From NCBI RefSeq assembly GCF_006345805.1, contig NC_043003.1:32054001-32118000 (forward strand): a stretch of DNA of 64,000 bases, in the 5' to 3' direction. Made by a program: the position numbers and the translations under genes. Below the pieces are notes generated by a model that searched no databases, was not told where the DNA came from, and saw only the letters and a program-made list of their open reading frames with translations. This document shows, piece after piece, positions 1 through 13,590 of this stretch; position 1 is the first letter of the stretch, and each line of letters begins with the position of its first letter. Source of the DNA: Octopus sinensis (taxonomy: Eukaryota).

Positions 1-151
1 CTTTCATCCTTCTTCTCTTTTGGACTTTCCTGCGTTTACTGTGTTTCCGACAAAGAGCTGTGCTCAAAACCTAAACCAACAAGTCTCTTCCTTCACCTTT
101 ACTATTAATAGATTGCTCGTCCTACGTCCTCACGCTCGCTTGTTTTCTTTT

Positions 152-153
<2 letters not shown>
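1..153 (+). mobile_element. T-rich PLE-type terminal fragment carrying a decayed hammerhead motif
   Basis: GAGC-TGT-GCTC stem at 55-65 lies between decayed core strands (CCGACAA / AAAACCT). The layout matches the 52841-52878 motif, and the fragment ends in (TA)n at 155. Confidence 0.5.

Positions 154-154
<1 letters not shown>

Positions 155-220
<66 letters not shown>
155..220. repeat. (TA)n microsatellite
   Basis: Direct reading. Confidence 0.98.
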
Positions 221-222
<2 letters not shown>

Positions 223-364
223 GTACCTTACATTATATCGGCACAGCTCAATTCGACCCAAAACGACAGGTATTGCCAGTTGGTAACGTTAGGCTGTAGC
301 CAGAATAATAAAATAGGAGCTTTCAAATACATATTCAAAACGTTTCTCGTAAACGAACTCAAAG

Positions 365-373
365 GATATATAT

Positions 374-404
<31 letters not shown>

Positions 405-500
405 GCATGTGTGTATGTGTGTGTGTGTGTGTGTGTGTGTTTGTGTGTGTGTGTTTGTGTGTCTGTGTGTGTTTGTGTCTGTGTGTGTGTGTGTGTACCT
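365..500. repeat. (TA)n/(TG)n compound microsatellite
   Basis: Direct reading. Confidence 0.95.
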
Positions 501-1489
501 GTGGTGTGTATGTATGTATATAATAAGAAATAATGAAAACCGACAGATATGTGTGTGCCGCTGTGTGTTCGCGTATCATTGATTTCCATTTTCCAATTAA
601 CCGGCTATTTGTTTGAGTTGGTAGCTTTAAAGTATTTGACAGCTTTCAAATAACTTCTGGGAACGAAAAACGATGTCGTGGGTTGTGCCGAATAATAGTA
701 CATATTCTGATATTTAGATATGTTTAGCTATGTTTGCGATCAAAACCTATCAAAATCTACTCGATTTGCTTCTCACGTCGGTTTTATTGAATAATTATCT
801 GTAGTATAGTACTGTTGTTTTAATCGACTTTTGCGAGTCTGTGGATTTGTATCATTCCGCTGATATAACGGCTAATTGGAGTCTGAGTATCCATTTCTCT
901 TGATGTAAATATAAATATAGCTATATAGAAAGAAAGATAGAGAGAGGTTTATAATATTTTGCACCAGTCCTTACTCAGCAGTCATGTTGAGCAAAGCTGG
1001 GCGACTACATATTTCAAGCTGGTACTTATTTCATCGATTTCTCTTAATAGAATCGCTATGTTTTATAAAGAATTAAAGTGATAGGAGATGACATTCTGGC
1101 TTACAACGGTGAACATAACAAAATCACTTAGACGAATACGCAGACAGTCACCACTCTCTCCTTCTCTCTTATTCGTTCTTGCTCCGTCTCTCTCACTGTA
1201 TGTAAGAACATAACCACATGTATCTTTATATAAATATCTATATATTAATGTTTGTTTTTATGTCGCAGTATAGATGAAAGAAGTTTACATTAAAGTAAAG
1301 AATTACTCAATCCTTTTTTTACACTGTATATACTAGTAGACTTTAACAAAAGTAGCGATGTGAAAGATTTGGAGGTATCGACCTCCTAGCTTTCATCTAA
1401 TTGTCTGATAAAGTAGAGCAGACCAAAACATAGAAATCGTTGTCAACACTATTCTTGTAAAAATGATATATAAATGTTGATATATGTGT

Positions 1490-1908
<419 letters not shown>

Positions 1909-1920
1909 GGTGCTATTAAG

Positions 1921-1962
1921 TTAGACATGGCCTGGACCAATCTTTGGTCGAAACATATCTAA
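1921..1962 (+). ncRNA. Hammerhead-like three-way junction with non-canonical core strand (CATGGCCTG)
   Basis: Stem I TTAGA/TCTAA, stem II GACCA-ATCTT-TGGTC, then GAAACAT-A. A sister copy lies at 57785-57825 on the minus strand. Confidence 0.45.
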
Positions 1963-2764
1963 GTTTATCTAAGTTTATATGCAGAATGAGGGTCAAAGAG
2001 ATAAAGAGAGAAAGAGAGAGAGAGAGAAAGAGAGAGGAGCTTTAGAATTTGTAGCTATTTCATCACAGGCATACTTCATCCGAGTTTGTTCAATGTGTTA
2101 TAAGGGCGCCGCGATACTTCATAAACACGTCATTATCTCGCATACATGCGTTTGTGTGCAGAACATGACGGAAAGCAATCAAATCCGGTAATGCATTTTG
2201 CGCTACGTTGCAGACATACAGCCACACAAACACACACGCGCGGGTACACACCCATGTTTGTTCGTATGTGTGCGTGTCGTCTCACGTGTGTGTATGTGAG
2301 CATGCGTGTGAACATGTATGAGATTGAACGCTTGAAATTTTCATATAAGAATCTCATATACTGTATCACTGACAAACTTTACTCAGTTACGCTGTAGAAC
2401 TTCCTTTTTTTATTCTTATTTCTTTCTTTCAGCTATTGTTCGATATATTGTTTTAAAATTTGTTGCTTCGAGGTATGCAATATTTGCTAGTTTAATTTAT
2501 TGTACGAATGCACACGTAAACATACTTGGTGACTTTCGAAATTTGTTGTCGTTGTAGAAAGAGACGTACTATTCGAAGCCGTGTTAACTGCGGTTTAAGG
2601 AATGTTCAAACCTGCAATTTCTTACTTTTGCTATGTGTTTATGAAGGTCGATTCCCAGCAATGTTCTTTTTATTTAAGCCCAACTACATTGCTTCACTAG
2701 CAGGTGTCTCTTGGCTTCAGCAATGCATTATGAGGAAGACGAAACGTGAAATTACGGAAGCCCG

Positions 2765-2767
<3 letters not shown>

Positions 2768-2827
<60 letters not shown>

Positions 2828-2841
2828 GTCTATCTGTCTAC

Positions 2842-2920
<79 letters not shown>
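2768..2920. repeat. (CT)n/(CTAT)n microsatellite
   Basis: Direct reading. Confidence 0.97.
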
Positions 2921-4284
2921 CACACACTTGATTATGTGTGTGTTTGTGTGCGTGTATACGTCTTCGTTTGCTACTCACTGTTTCACAACTAAAGTTAGTT
3001 TGCTGGCATCTTCAAAAATAAATATTCCGACAAATAATGACCAACTTAAAAGATCATGACGTGAGGCCAATTTGCTCGGCTTAAACCTACGAAGCGCTGA
3101 CTGAGCCTGATCACAGTCCAGTGACTGAAATCAATAAATGAGTTCTAAATAAGCGTATATGTTTACTTTTAGATTTTAAAATTTCGATAAATTTTGAAAA
3201 TCCTTTAAACTGCTGAACTGAAATTGGGGTCTTTAATCAAAAGGAAGAGATTATTTAACTTAATTTATATGCTTTTATCTATGTCGTGCTGATGATTCCC
3301 CTAAAGAATGGAAAAGCGCTCTACACAGTTAAAAACGACGAGGAATTTTAAGCTCTTTATAATGTATAGAAAAAAGTTGATGTGCATATTCTCTATTTTT
3401 TTACTCATAGATTTAAATTTGTAAATTCCAAATCAGCCTCATTTTAATTCAGTATAAAAGGATTGCCACTCCTATGATAGATGACCGTCAGGAGTACAAC
3501 ACGTGTAGAGAGTATATTTTTAACACAAAATATGGTATCACTGTTGCAGCCTACAGTGAAATTTGTAGTGTCAACATCCAAGGCCTGCTATCATAGTAAT
3601 ATTTTCACGAGTTTGTTTGCAAAATGCTAGGTGCATATGAAATTATTATACGGTGCTTTTGGAGGAAAGAACTTAAAGCATGAATGGGAACATATTAATG
3701 CCGTAGAGTAAGAAGTAACAACCAGCAATGCAAGGAAATATATTTCTTTTTGCGCAAACTTTTTCGGTGTATTCGAGAATAAAATTGCAGGGGCCATAAC
3801 AGATATCTCTCGGTCATGTTTATCTATAACAAACGAAGGGTAGTGTCAGATAAATACCGTACTGATTCGGAATCTAGTGTAGTAACGTGCAAAGGATGAT
3901 GATGATGATGATGATGTAGGTGGTGGTTTTGGTGGTTTTGGTGGTGATGATGATGGCAAAACAAAGCATTTGAAACTGAAGCGAAAGCGAAACAAAACTC
4001 TCACTTCAGGATTTCGATTATATTTTTAGAATTTTTTTTTTATATAGAAAACATATGATAGCGGATGTAGATCCCCGTGTATTTGTGCGCTACGACAGCT
4101 AGAATTTTAAAAATGTATCCAGCTGCTATATTACTTGAAGAAATAAAACTGGGAAAATACATCTAGAACGTACAGATAAATAATAAAAATATTTAAGTTC
4201 TTATTTTAGAATATTCTCATACCACACAGTAATGCAGTAATGAGTAAGTCTGTATATATTTCATTTCCTTATTATTAATACTTG

Positions 4285-5606
4285 TTCCGCTGACATCGAC
4301 TTTGCTATTCATCTTTTCGGGGTCGATTAGATTAGTGCCAGTTAAGCACTGGAATCGGTGTAATCGACTTAATCTCTTCCCCAAAATGTGAGGCCCTGTG
4401 CTACCCGTAGAAAGGATTATTATCAATACTTACGAAGACGGCGAGCTGGCAGAATCGTTAGCACGCCGGGCGAAATGCTTAGAGGCATTTCGTCTGCCGC
4501 TACGTTCTGAGTTTAAATTCCGCCGAGGTCGACTTTGCATTTCACCCTTTCGGGGTCGATCAAATAAGTACCACTTACGTACTGGGATCGCTATAATCGA
4601 CTTAATCCATTTTTCTGTCCTTGTTTGTCCTCAGTGTGTGTAGCCCCTTGTGTGTAGTAAAGAAATAGGTATTTCGTCTGCCATTACGTTCTGAGTTCAA
4701 ATACCACCGAGGTCGACTTTACATTTCATCCTTTCTGGGTCGATAAATTGAGTACCAGTGGAGGAATGGGGTCGATGTGATCGACTATCTCCCTCTTCAC
4801 AAAACCCGGGTCTTGTAGTTATAGTAGAAAGGCTTATTATTAATAATTACTCAAAGCGGTGAGCAGAGAGAATCGTTAGCACGATGGGCAAAATGCTTAA
4901 CAGCATTTCGTCAGTCTGAACGTTCCGAGCTCAAATTCTGCTGAGGTCGACTTTGTCTTTCATCTTTTCCACCAGTGCCAGTTGAACACTGAGATCGATG
5001 TAATCGACAAATCCCTTCCCCTGAAATTGCTGGCCTTGTGCCAAAATTTGAAATCAATAATTATTCAAGGCAGTGAGCTGGCAGAATCGTAGCCTGCTGG
5101 ACAAAATGCTTCGTGGCATTTTCTCCGTTTTTCCCTTTCATCGTTTCGGGATCGATAAATTGAGTACCAGTGAAACACGGGCTGATATAATCGACTATTT
5201 CTCCCCACAAACGTTCAGGCCTTGTGTACATAGTAGATCAGAATATCAATAATTATTGAAAGGCAGCGAGGTGGTAGAATCGTTAGCACCGCTGATAAAA
5301 GACTTCACCATATTTTTTTCTGCTTTACGCTCTTAGTTGAAATGACATTGATATCAATTTTGTCTTTCTTCCCAGAGTAGAAAGACTTATTAATAATCAT
5401 TCAAGGACGACGAGCTGGTAGAATCGTTAATTTGTCGGATCAAATGATTTGCAGCAATTCTTCCACTTTTACACTGTGAGTTAAAATCCCACGGATGTCA
5501 TCGTGCTTTTTGAAGGTCATAAAAATAAGTAACAGTTGAGTCCAATTTAACCGACTTAACCCTTCCCTTAAAACTGCTGGCATGGAGCCTGAATTAGAAA
5601 CTATAA
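4285..5606 (+). mobile_element. Head-to-tail array of about 7 tRNA-derived SINE copies (family B, GGCGAGCTGGCAGAATCGTTAGC head)
   Basis: Copies at about 4285-4423, 4437-4667, 4668-4849, 4853-5065, 5067-5257, 5260-5397 and 5403-5606. They share an A-box-like TGGCAGAATCG, a B-box-like GAGTTCAAAT, a GGTCGACTTTG core and TTATT tails. Confidence 0.9.
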
Positions 5607-6524
5607 TCAACAATGCCTCCCTTTTTTTAATTTTATATCCATTTAATCTTACTAATCCCTTTAAAAAATTAAAATGTAACCTAATATCAATGCTATATGT
5701 ATGGAAGACAAACCTCTCTGTTGGATATGATATTCATGCATGAGTCATTAAAAATATCTAAATGTCTTTTTGTTTTTCATGTGAAAGTAATAGACAGAAC
5801 TGAACTGGAAAAATATATCTCGTGCAGTTATAATGAAAAAGCGGAAAGTATCACAAAGCACGAACTGATTTCAAATCCTAACAGGTGAAGTTTCGTATTT
5901 AATACATTAACCAACTTAGAAATTACTCAACTAGCATACGCAATTGAGTGATATTTAACTCACATTTCAGTCATATTTATGTTATCGCTTACATTACAGT
6001 TTTGCGAAGAGCGAAATTCGTAAAAACCATGTTTAGATCATAAACTGAAATATTATCCTCCTTATTTCTTCTCTCTTACTCCATTTTTCAACTATCTGTA
6101 TAGTAGGAAATATGTAGACGCGTATAAATAGAACACCAACCCGTATTTCCTGTTCCATACAACACTGCTCTAGGCGCATACACATATATGCATGTATACG
6201 AATACACTGTTTTCTATTATTTTATATGGATTAGACTATATTGATGAATATTTGAGTATATACGGGGAATGAGTAAATATATAGACACAGAAAAAAAATG
6301 TGAATCTTCCCCCGGAGAAAACAAAATATTATTGACATTATTAATGAAAAAGAAAACGGAATTCATAAAATGGAAACAAATGTAAATGCTGCCAGAAATA
6401 CTAACATTTACACTCAGACACACTCACACACACAAGAAGTATTTTATACAAGCATGCATACACCAGTTCGCATCCACGAATATTACTTTACACAAATGCA
6501 CAAACTCATCATACACACGAACAT

Positions 6525-6528
6525 TCTC

Positions 6529-6568
<40 letters not shown>

Positions 6569-6610
6569 TCCTTCTTTCTTTCTTTCTTTCTTTCTTTCTC
6601 TCTTTCTTTT
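6525..6610. repeat. (CTTT)n microsatellite
   Basis: Direct reading. Confidence 0.95.
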
Positions 6611-7283
6611 TCTCACTCACACAGAATTTACAAACACGCGCACACGGCAGACGAGTACACACATTTACATACTCAAACAAGATTCCATGCAATAAAAATT
6701 TTAGCTGTTTCAGAAGTAATTTTTTTTTTTGGTTTTGTTATATTTATAGAGTAAAACGTCTTAAAAACCATTCTATATTTAGAAAATCTATATTTAGAGA
6801 ATTGTTAAATATTTTATTTTACACTGTGCGAAAAAGAACGATGCCAATGAAGATTATGAAAATGGTGTCAATGAAGGAAGTAAAAAAAAAAGTATTTTTG
6901 TGGATATATTTGTTTACATTTATTACATTTTTATTGCCGTGTTGTTGCTGTTGTTGTTGTTGTTGGTAATGTTATCCTCTATCACACCTGGAAGTGAGAA
7001 CGCAGGAGTTAAATGGTTTCACCGCTTTGCAAATTTGTACATGTACTAAATCAGCTTCAGTTTAGAGTATCAAAAAAAAAAAAAGAAAACTTAAAAAAAA
7101 ACTGTACTACATACTATCGTTTCTTTCGAGGAAAATTGAAGTTAATAGAAGGTAAAGATGTGTTTTTGAACTAAAAGTGTGTTCTGGCAATGCTATAAAC
7201 CCAAAGGCAAATTGCATACATATTCACGTGTTTCTTTTAGAGGCGTTGCAGTATTATGATTGAATCCACACTTTATCGAATGA

Positions 7284-7678
7284 CTAGCAGTATCGCCCGG
7301 CGTTGCTCGGGTTTGTTTCGATCCTTTAGAATTGGAATTGTTGAAAAGTAAAAAAAATTCCATTATGTAGCTTGTTATTCTCTTTAAGTAAACAATTTTC
7401 TGGTTGAAATACACCGAAAAATGGTGACGCAGCAGTCAAAAAATCATTAAAAAATAGGGATTTTCATAGAAAAAAAAGCAACTTTTTGAAGTAAATACTT
7501 TTTGGCGTTAACATGGTCAGATTTGAATATTTTCTGCTACGAAAGGAAGAGAAAGCCTCCTTCTATCATACTTTCAATTTTGCTCAACTTGTGCCGCAGG
7601 GTCTCGGAGGAGATAGTGTTAGTTGAAGGCTAACAAAGCTGCCGTACACAGACAACTTCAGCTTTATATATGTAGAGA
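7284..7678 (-). mobile_element. Non-autonomous Helitron (395 bp)
   Basis: On the minus strand it starts A|TC at 7678 and ends with hairpin CCCGAGCAACGCCGGG (7311-7296), an 8-nt spacer and CTAG|T at 7284. It is inserted in an AT dinucleotide with no TSD. Confidence 0.85.
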
Positions 7679-7748
7679 TTTACGATGATTCCCCGGGATA
7701 AATTAAAGATGTAATTAGAATATGTATACACATAAATGCACATGAATT

Positions 7749-7785
<37 letters not shown>

Positions 7786-7959
7786 ATATACATATACATA
7801 CATATGTATATATATGTATATATTCTTGTATATATATGCGTGTTTGTGTGTGCGTGTTTGCATGCGTGTGTGTGTATGTGTGTATTCTTTTACATTTTAA
7901 TGTGTTTTAGCCCAAAGGTTCCACCCATACTGGAGCACGATCTGTATTGTCATCTTTTC

Positions 7960-10020
7960 AATGGCTATTCTTTTGTGACTAGCTTTTGGAGAATGAGGGA
8001 GTTCGATATCGCAGCCCTCTTTTGAGTTTCTTGCGCTGATGTAGGTTCATCAGGGACCTTGAACAGCAGGAGGTCTAGTTGTTTCTTGAAAACATCCAAG
8101 CCTACTCTATGTAGAACTTCTAAGTGTTTGGTAGATATTTTGGTAAGCCGTGGGGGTTTCAATCCTATGCTAATGTTGTACATGGTCATTCACTCTCGAC
8201 GGGACCTTTGGAAGAGTGCGGCGATGTCCAGTTTGAGGGCTGGTATAACTTTCGATCTCAAAGTTTGGTGCTAAACACTCTAGGATCTTCCATATATATA
8301 TCACCTCGTATCTCTTCTGTCTTCGCTCCAGGGAATAGAATCGCGACTCTTTCAGTCTTTCCCAGTAGTTCAGCTTTCCCATTCATGCAGTCTTCCTGTT
8401 ATAGAACCGCTGACTTACCTCAAATTCCGCTATTAATATGACTCTGTGGAGTTACCATAGTTTAGATCAGTAGTCCAGAAGGCTCGGTTCAAATATCTTC
8501 CTTAGAACCAGCATAGTTTTTTGTTCCCTTGCTCTGAAAGTTCTCAGAATCCATCCGGGCATTTACCTCCACACAGCTACTATCTTATGATATGTACTTG
8601 AGTTGAGACGTCGTTGCCCATATCAATCCCCAGATCACTTACTGCACTTGATTCCTTTTGGTACAAAGTATCTTTGTAGTGGCTTATTAGCGCCAACTCA
8701 TAGACAGCATAGGGCTTGAAATTTTCATGCGTCAAGCTGCCTGTTTTTTTTTCCGGCTCATTTATATATGGCATCCGTATCTTTTTTGTATAAGATTAGC
8801 ATCAAATGATACCTTGTCTGCTTTTACTACGTTTGTGTCGTCGGCATAGCTAGTAAATGTGGATGTCAATGTAACTGATAGTATTCCGAAAAAGCTACCA
8901 TAAAGAGCAGCAGCGCCAATACGGTTTCCTGATGCACTCCATTCGCTATTACTGTCACCTTAGAGAGGATCCCATTGGCCGCAACATTCTGGCTTCTGTC
9001 TTTTAAGAAGTCATGTAGCCACTTTCCCACTTTTCCAAGTAAACCGGTAAACCCAATTACCGTAGCTTGTGACATATCATCTTGTGGTCAAGCATATCGA
9101 AGATTTTTGTAAATTCGAGATACACTTCTTCCACGCTGAGCGATTCATTAATTGTTTCAACAATCATTTATAATGCTGCAGAAGCCATGCTGGGTGTCAG
9201 GGAGCAAGTCATTATCTAGGAACATGATAAACATCCACCTGACAATGATTTGCTAACAAGTGAGGTTTGAGAGACAGGCCTATAATTTTTAGTATCTCCT
9301 CCCCTACATCCTTTATGGATAGGATATTGTTTTATTGTTTTATCTTTTTACTATTTTGATTCGCTTCAGCCATGCGGCTGCAACCATGCTGGAGCACCAA
9401 CTTTCTGGTAAGTCTCTTATTTGCAAGGAAGCTTAGAAGTAGATCACTGGTGGTCCTGCTAGAGCCCACTTTGCATTTTTTAAAAGGATTGTTAGGAGTT
9501 TATCAGGGCCTGTAGTTGAGTTAAAGTTCATTTCATTAATGACTGATATTACATGTTACCTCTATTTCGATGTAATCAATACTTGTCATCTCTTTGTGGA
9601 GAGCTGTGGTGCCAAAGTAATGTCCCAACGGAGTTGTGATTTTCAATTACACATTTAGTATTTCGCTTAGCCTGTGAGATACCTGGGTCAGTGTGCCATT
9701 TTCTTCGAACAATGACCCTATCTTATACCTTACTGAAGCAGATTATTTTGCATAACTATAGTAGGCTGTCATTACATTTTTTACAGACCATATTTCTTTT
9801 TCTGCCCTCTAATTTTCTGAGGTATACTTGTATTCACTTTCAGTCTAACTAATTTTAGTTTGAGATAAGATTCTTCAACATATTTTACTGACTCGTTTAG
9901 ACAGTTTGAGATAATTGCCCGTCATCTCATTATATTCTTCCGGTTCCCGGGAATTATACTTTTCTGTCGGTTTGACATTTTCTCCGGAGCACCTTTACTT
10001 CATATGTCATACATGCTTAT
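7960..10020 (-). mobile_element. Decayed CR1-group LINE ORF2 (reverse transcriptase and C-terminal region)
   Basis: Minus-strand peptides YYSYAK, KNYRPVSQTSLVSK, VYLEFTKIFDMLDH, NGVHQETVLALLLF, TSYADD, LNYWERLK..YSLERR..RYEVIYIWKIL and FKKQLD..VPDEP, with many frameshifts and stops. Confidence 0.92.
9335..9400 (-). mobile_element. 3' tail fragment of SINE family A nested in the LINE
   Basis: CCATGCTGGAGCACC motif, the reverse complement of the family A 3' end seen at 39297-39350. Confidence 0.6.
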
Positions 10021-10193
10021 CATTAAGTGATTTAACTTTATATCAGTATTTTGCGAAGAGAAACTGCTTGGCCAGTTTACTTCCATGACCTTTCTGAATA
10101 TCATTCCATATACATACACACACACATACGAATATATGTACTTTTATATATATACATACATACATATTCCATATATGCATATATATGTATGTA

Positions 10194-10637
<444 letters not shown>

Positions 10638-10689
10638 ACATGCTATGTTGTTTTCTTCTGATCTAATGCTGTATTTGCATCGAATAGGT

Positions 10690-11130
10690 CGTCTTCCTCC
10701 TATTTTTCTTGGTATCACTTTTTGGGTGGAGTGCTCCATATCTAGTTAGCAACTTCCTTGTCTTTTGGTATAAGGTGCTTAGTTCGTCTACTGTCCATCC
10801 GATTAGCCCCGCTCCTTATCTAAGGAGTGAAGCCGCCCAGATATTGATAGCTTCAATCTTTTTCCGTCCATTTAATTTCGACTTCGGGATCAGTCTCAGT
10901 CTGCGCAAGTACGCCGCCTTAAGTTTTTCTGACATTTCTTTTTCCATCAATTTATCTATTTCCCAAATCCCCGAGTACTTGTAGCCCGTCTATTCTATCT
11001 GCTTCATAACCTTCTCCTACGGTATTGATAGCCCGTCGATACATTTAATTTTGTCCCTCTTCAAGACTAACCCACCACACTTTCTCAGTTCAAACTCCAT
11101 TCTGATATCAACACTGAAAATCTACACCGT
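10690..11130 (-). mobile_element. R4/Dong-like (R2 superfamily) LINE reverse-transcriptase fragment
   Basis: Minus-strand reading FSVDIRMEFELRKC...YKYSGI...YLRRLRLIPKSKLNGRKKIEAINIWAASLLR..AGLIGW...KTRKLLTRYGALHPKSD. Confidence 0.8.
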
Positions 11131-11134
11131 ATCA

Positions 11135-11340
11135 ACAAGGGAACTGACGAAATACTTAGCAGCATTTCGTCCATCTCCAGTTTTTAATTCAACTTCCGCG
11201 GAGGTCGACTTTGCTTTTCATTCTTTCGGGGTTGGACACGTAAGTATCAGTTAAGCACTGGTGTCGATGTAAGCGACTAGCTTCGCCTCCTAAAGTGTTT
11301 CAGGCTTTGTGCCTATGATAGAAAGTGTTATTATTATTGA
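11135..11340 (+). mobile_element. SINE family B copy
   Basis: GCATTTCGTC...GAGGTCGACTTTGCTTTTCAT...GTCGATGTAA...TTATTATT tail. Confidence 0.85.
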
Positions 11341-12394
11341 TAGTTATAGTAGTATCATTGGTTGTATTGGTAGTGTGGTGGCGGTGATAATAGTAATAGT
11401 AGTAATATTAGCAGCAGCAGCAGCTGTAGTAGAAGTAGTAGAAAGAGGAGGAGGAGGTTTATGTATTGTTATTCATTCATTGTTGAGCAACGTCAATTAC
11501 AAAGATAAAAGGGAAATGATATATGTGTATTTCTATTCATATTTCAATGACTGGCCATTAATCGCAATGGAAAACGAACACTGTGCAAACCCTCCTTTTT
11601 AAAGCTATGTTTACGCCCCTTGAAGATGTTTGAAGCATGGGAATATCGATATAATTTTTCATATTCTGTGTTGACCACTCAGATTGATAACTGTAGTTGT
11701 TTAACCTATGCAAGATGATTTATGATCTGGCCAAAGTTGAGATTAATAAAATTCCCAAGTATCGCATTGAAAGTTTCAAAGTGATAAAGCTGCTCACAGC
11801 TCTGAATCATAAAACAATATGGTGTAGTTTGAATAACGCTCTCTTTAAACTGCGGCATCTTGCCAATAAATTTTAATCTGAAGATATCAAAGTAGAACTT
11901 TGGGAAATTAAAGAATTTCATGCAATTTGTGTTTTGCTCATTGAATAAAAATGTTGCTGTTTTTAACGGCGCCAATAATAAGATTGAAGCTAAAAACTGA
12001 AAAATTAAAGTGTTTTTTTATCTTCCACGCTTTGTATATCTAGAAATGCTATCATTTTCACCAAAAAGTACTCTATAATCTACAGTAATATTTACCGAAT
12101 CTACGACCTGTGAATGAGGTTCCCATCTACTCATGAACTGTTTCATTATATTTACTTTGTTACAGATATCAAAAGAAACCGCTAGATATAGTATTCCCCT
12201 GTAGAAATTGTCAATTCACAAGAAACTGTATCCACTACTTATATCTGTCTAACGTCAAGTGGATTTCGATTTGCAGTTCGTCGCTATTTCCTTTTATTTC
12301 TACCGTATCAACATAGTTTCCCTAAACAGTTTTAACTTTATAAACGGCTATAGTTTCAGATTACAGTTTAGATTATAGTTTTAGATTCAAATGG

Positions 12395-13423
12395 CTTGTA
12401 AGGACGCTGCCATGAACAAAACACAAAGTTACGAGTGGTTTTTACGCTTTTGGAATGATCATTTTTCGCTTAAGGACTAATCTCGTTCAGGGCGGTCCTC
12501 GACCTTCCGAATGAATGAAAACATTACGAAAATTTCTTAAACAGAACTTGGAGGACCGTCGCCGAACAATTAAAGAACTTGTTGATTGACAGCTATGCCC
12601 TGGAGCTCCTCCCAAAGAATGTTGAGTGAGCAATTGAAAATGAAAGGAGTTGCAGCAAAATTTGTGCTTCGCTTGCTCACAGATCAAAAACATTCACGAC
12701 TGAATTCGTTTCGTGTACTGAAAGAAAGTTGGAAGTTTATCCGGACCTTTTTTCGAAGGTCATCACTGATGATGAAAGCTGGTGCCAAGGCTACGAGCGG
12801 GAAACGAAGCAGCAATTAAGTTGATGGCCGCATTCAATGTCACCACGCTCCCAAAAAGCGCATCAAGTGAAGTCCAGTGTCAAGACGATGCTGATTTATT
12901 TCATTGATGGAAAAGAAATTGTCTACACAGAATTTGTTCCCTCTGGTCAAACTGTTAACCAGATGTTTTACTTAGAATTTCTGAAGCGTTTGCGAGACAC
13001 GGTGAGACGAAAATGCTCCGACCTGTGACAAAGTGGAGAGGTTTGGTTTCATCTGAACAATGCAATTGTGCATACCACCTTGAGTGTGAAATATTTTTGA
13101 CAAAAATAGCAGGATCCCACTTACCCACCCTCCCTATTCATCCGATCTTGCTCCCTGCGACTCTTGTTTGTTCGGACGAATGAAGAAAGTTCTTAATGGA
13201 AAGCTTTTTGCAGATGAGGAAGAGGTGAAAAAAAAAACGACGGAGGCGATAAAAAGCATAATTTCGCAAGGGCTCCAGGACTTCTTTGAACAGTGGAAAA
13301 GGCGTCAAGAGTGATGCATTGCTTCAAATGGAGAATACTTAGAAGGCGATAAAGGTGTAAACATATAAAAGTGAATAAAATACTATTGCAAAATACGTTT
13401 TTTTTGTTCGGTACTCCCTCGTA
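12395..13423 (+). mobile_element. 5'-truncated mariner (irritans/Hsmar2-like) relic
   Basis: Peptides VAAKFVLRLLTDQK, KTMLIYFIDGKEIVYTEFVPSGQTVNQMFYLEFLKRLRD and HPPYSSDLAPCD. The right TIR ends CCCTCGTA at 13423. Confidence 0.88.
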
Positions 13424-13482
13424 TACATACATATGTATGCATGTGTGTGTATGTATGTGTGTATTTATGCAGGTTTATACCT

Positions 13483-13590
13483 GTCAGGTGGCAGAATCTT
13501 TAGCACGTCGAACAAAAATAAATTCTTGGAGATATTTCTTCCGGCTCCTTATGTTCAGAGTACAAATTTCGCCGAGGTCAATTTTGACTA
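13483..13590 (+). mobile_element. SINE family B 5' fragment
   Basis: GGTGGCAGAATCTTTAGCACG...TTCGCCGAGGTCAA. Confidence 0.75.

Noticed and set aside
1361-1395. Hairpin TGAAAG..GGAGGT-ATCG-ACCTCC..CTTTCA
   Set aside because: No hammerhead core, no second copy, and no context supporting a function.
3286-3326. CTGATGA...GGAAAAGCGCTC hammerhead-like match
   Set aside because: Stem II and GAAA cannot both be formed, and stem I is weak.
8040-8060. CTGATGA on the minus strand (also at 12765 on the plus strand)
   Set aside because: These lie within LINE (VPDEP) and mariner (TDDESW-like) coding relics, with no flanking stems.
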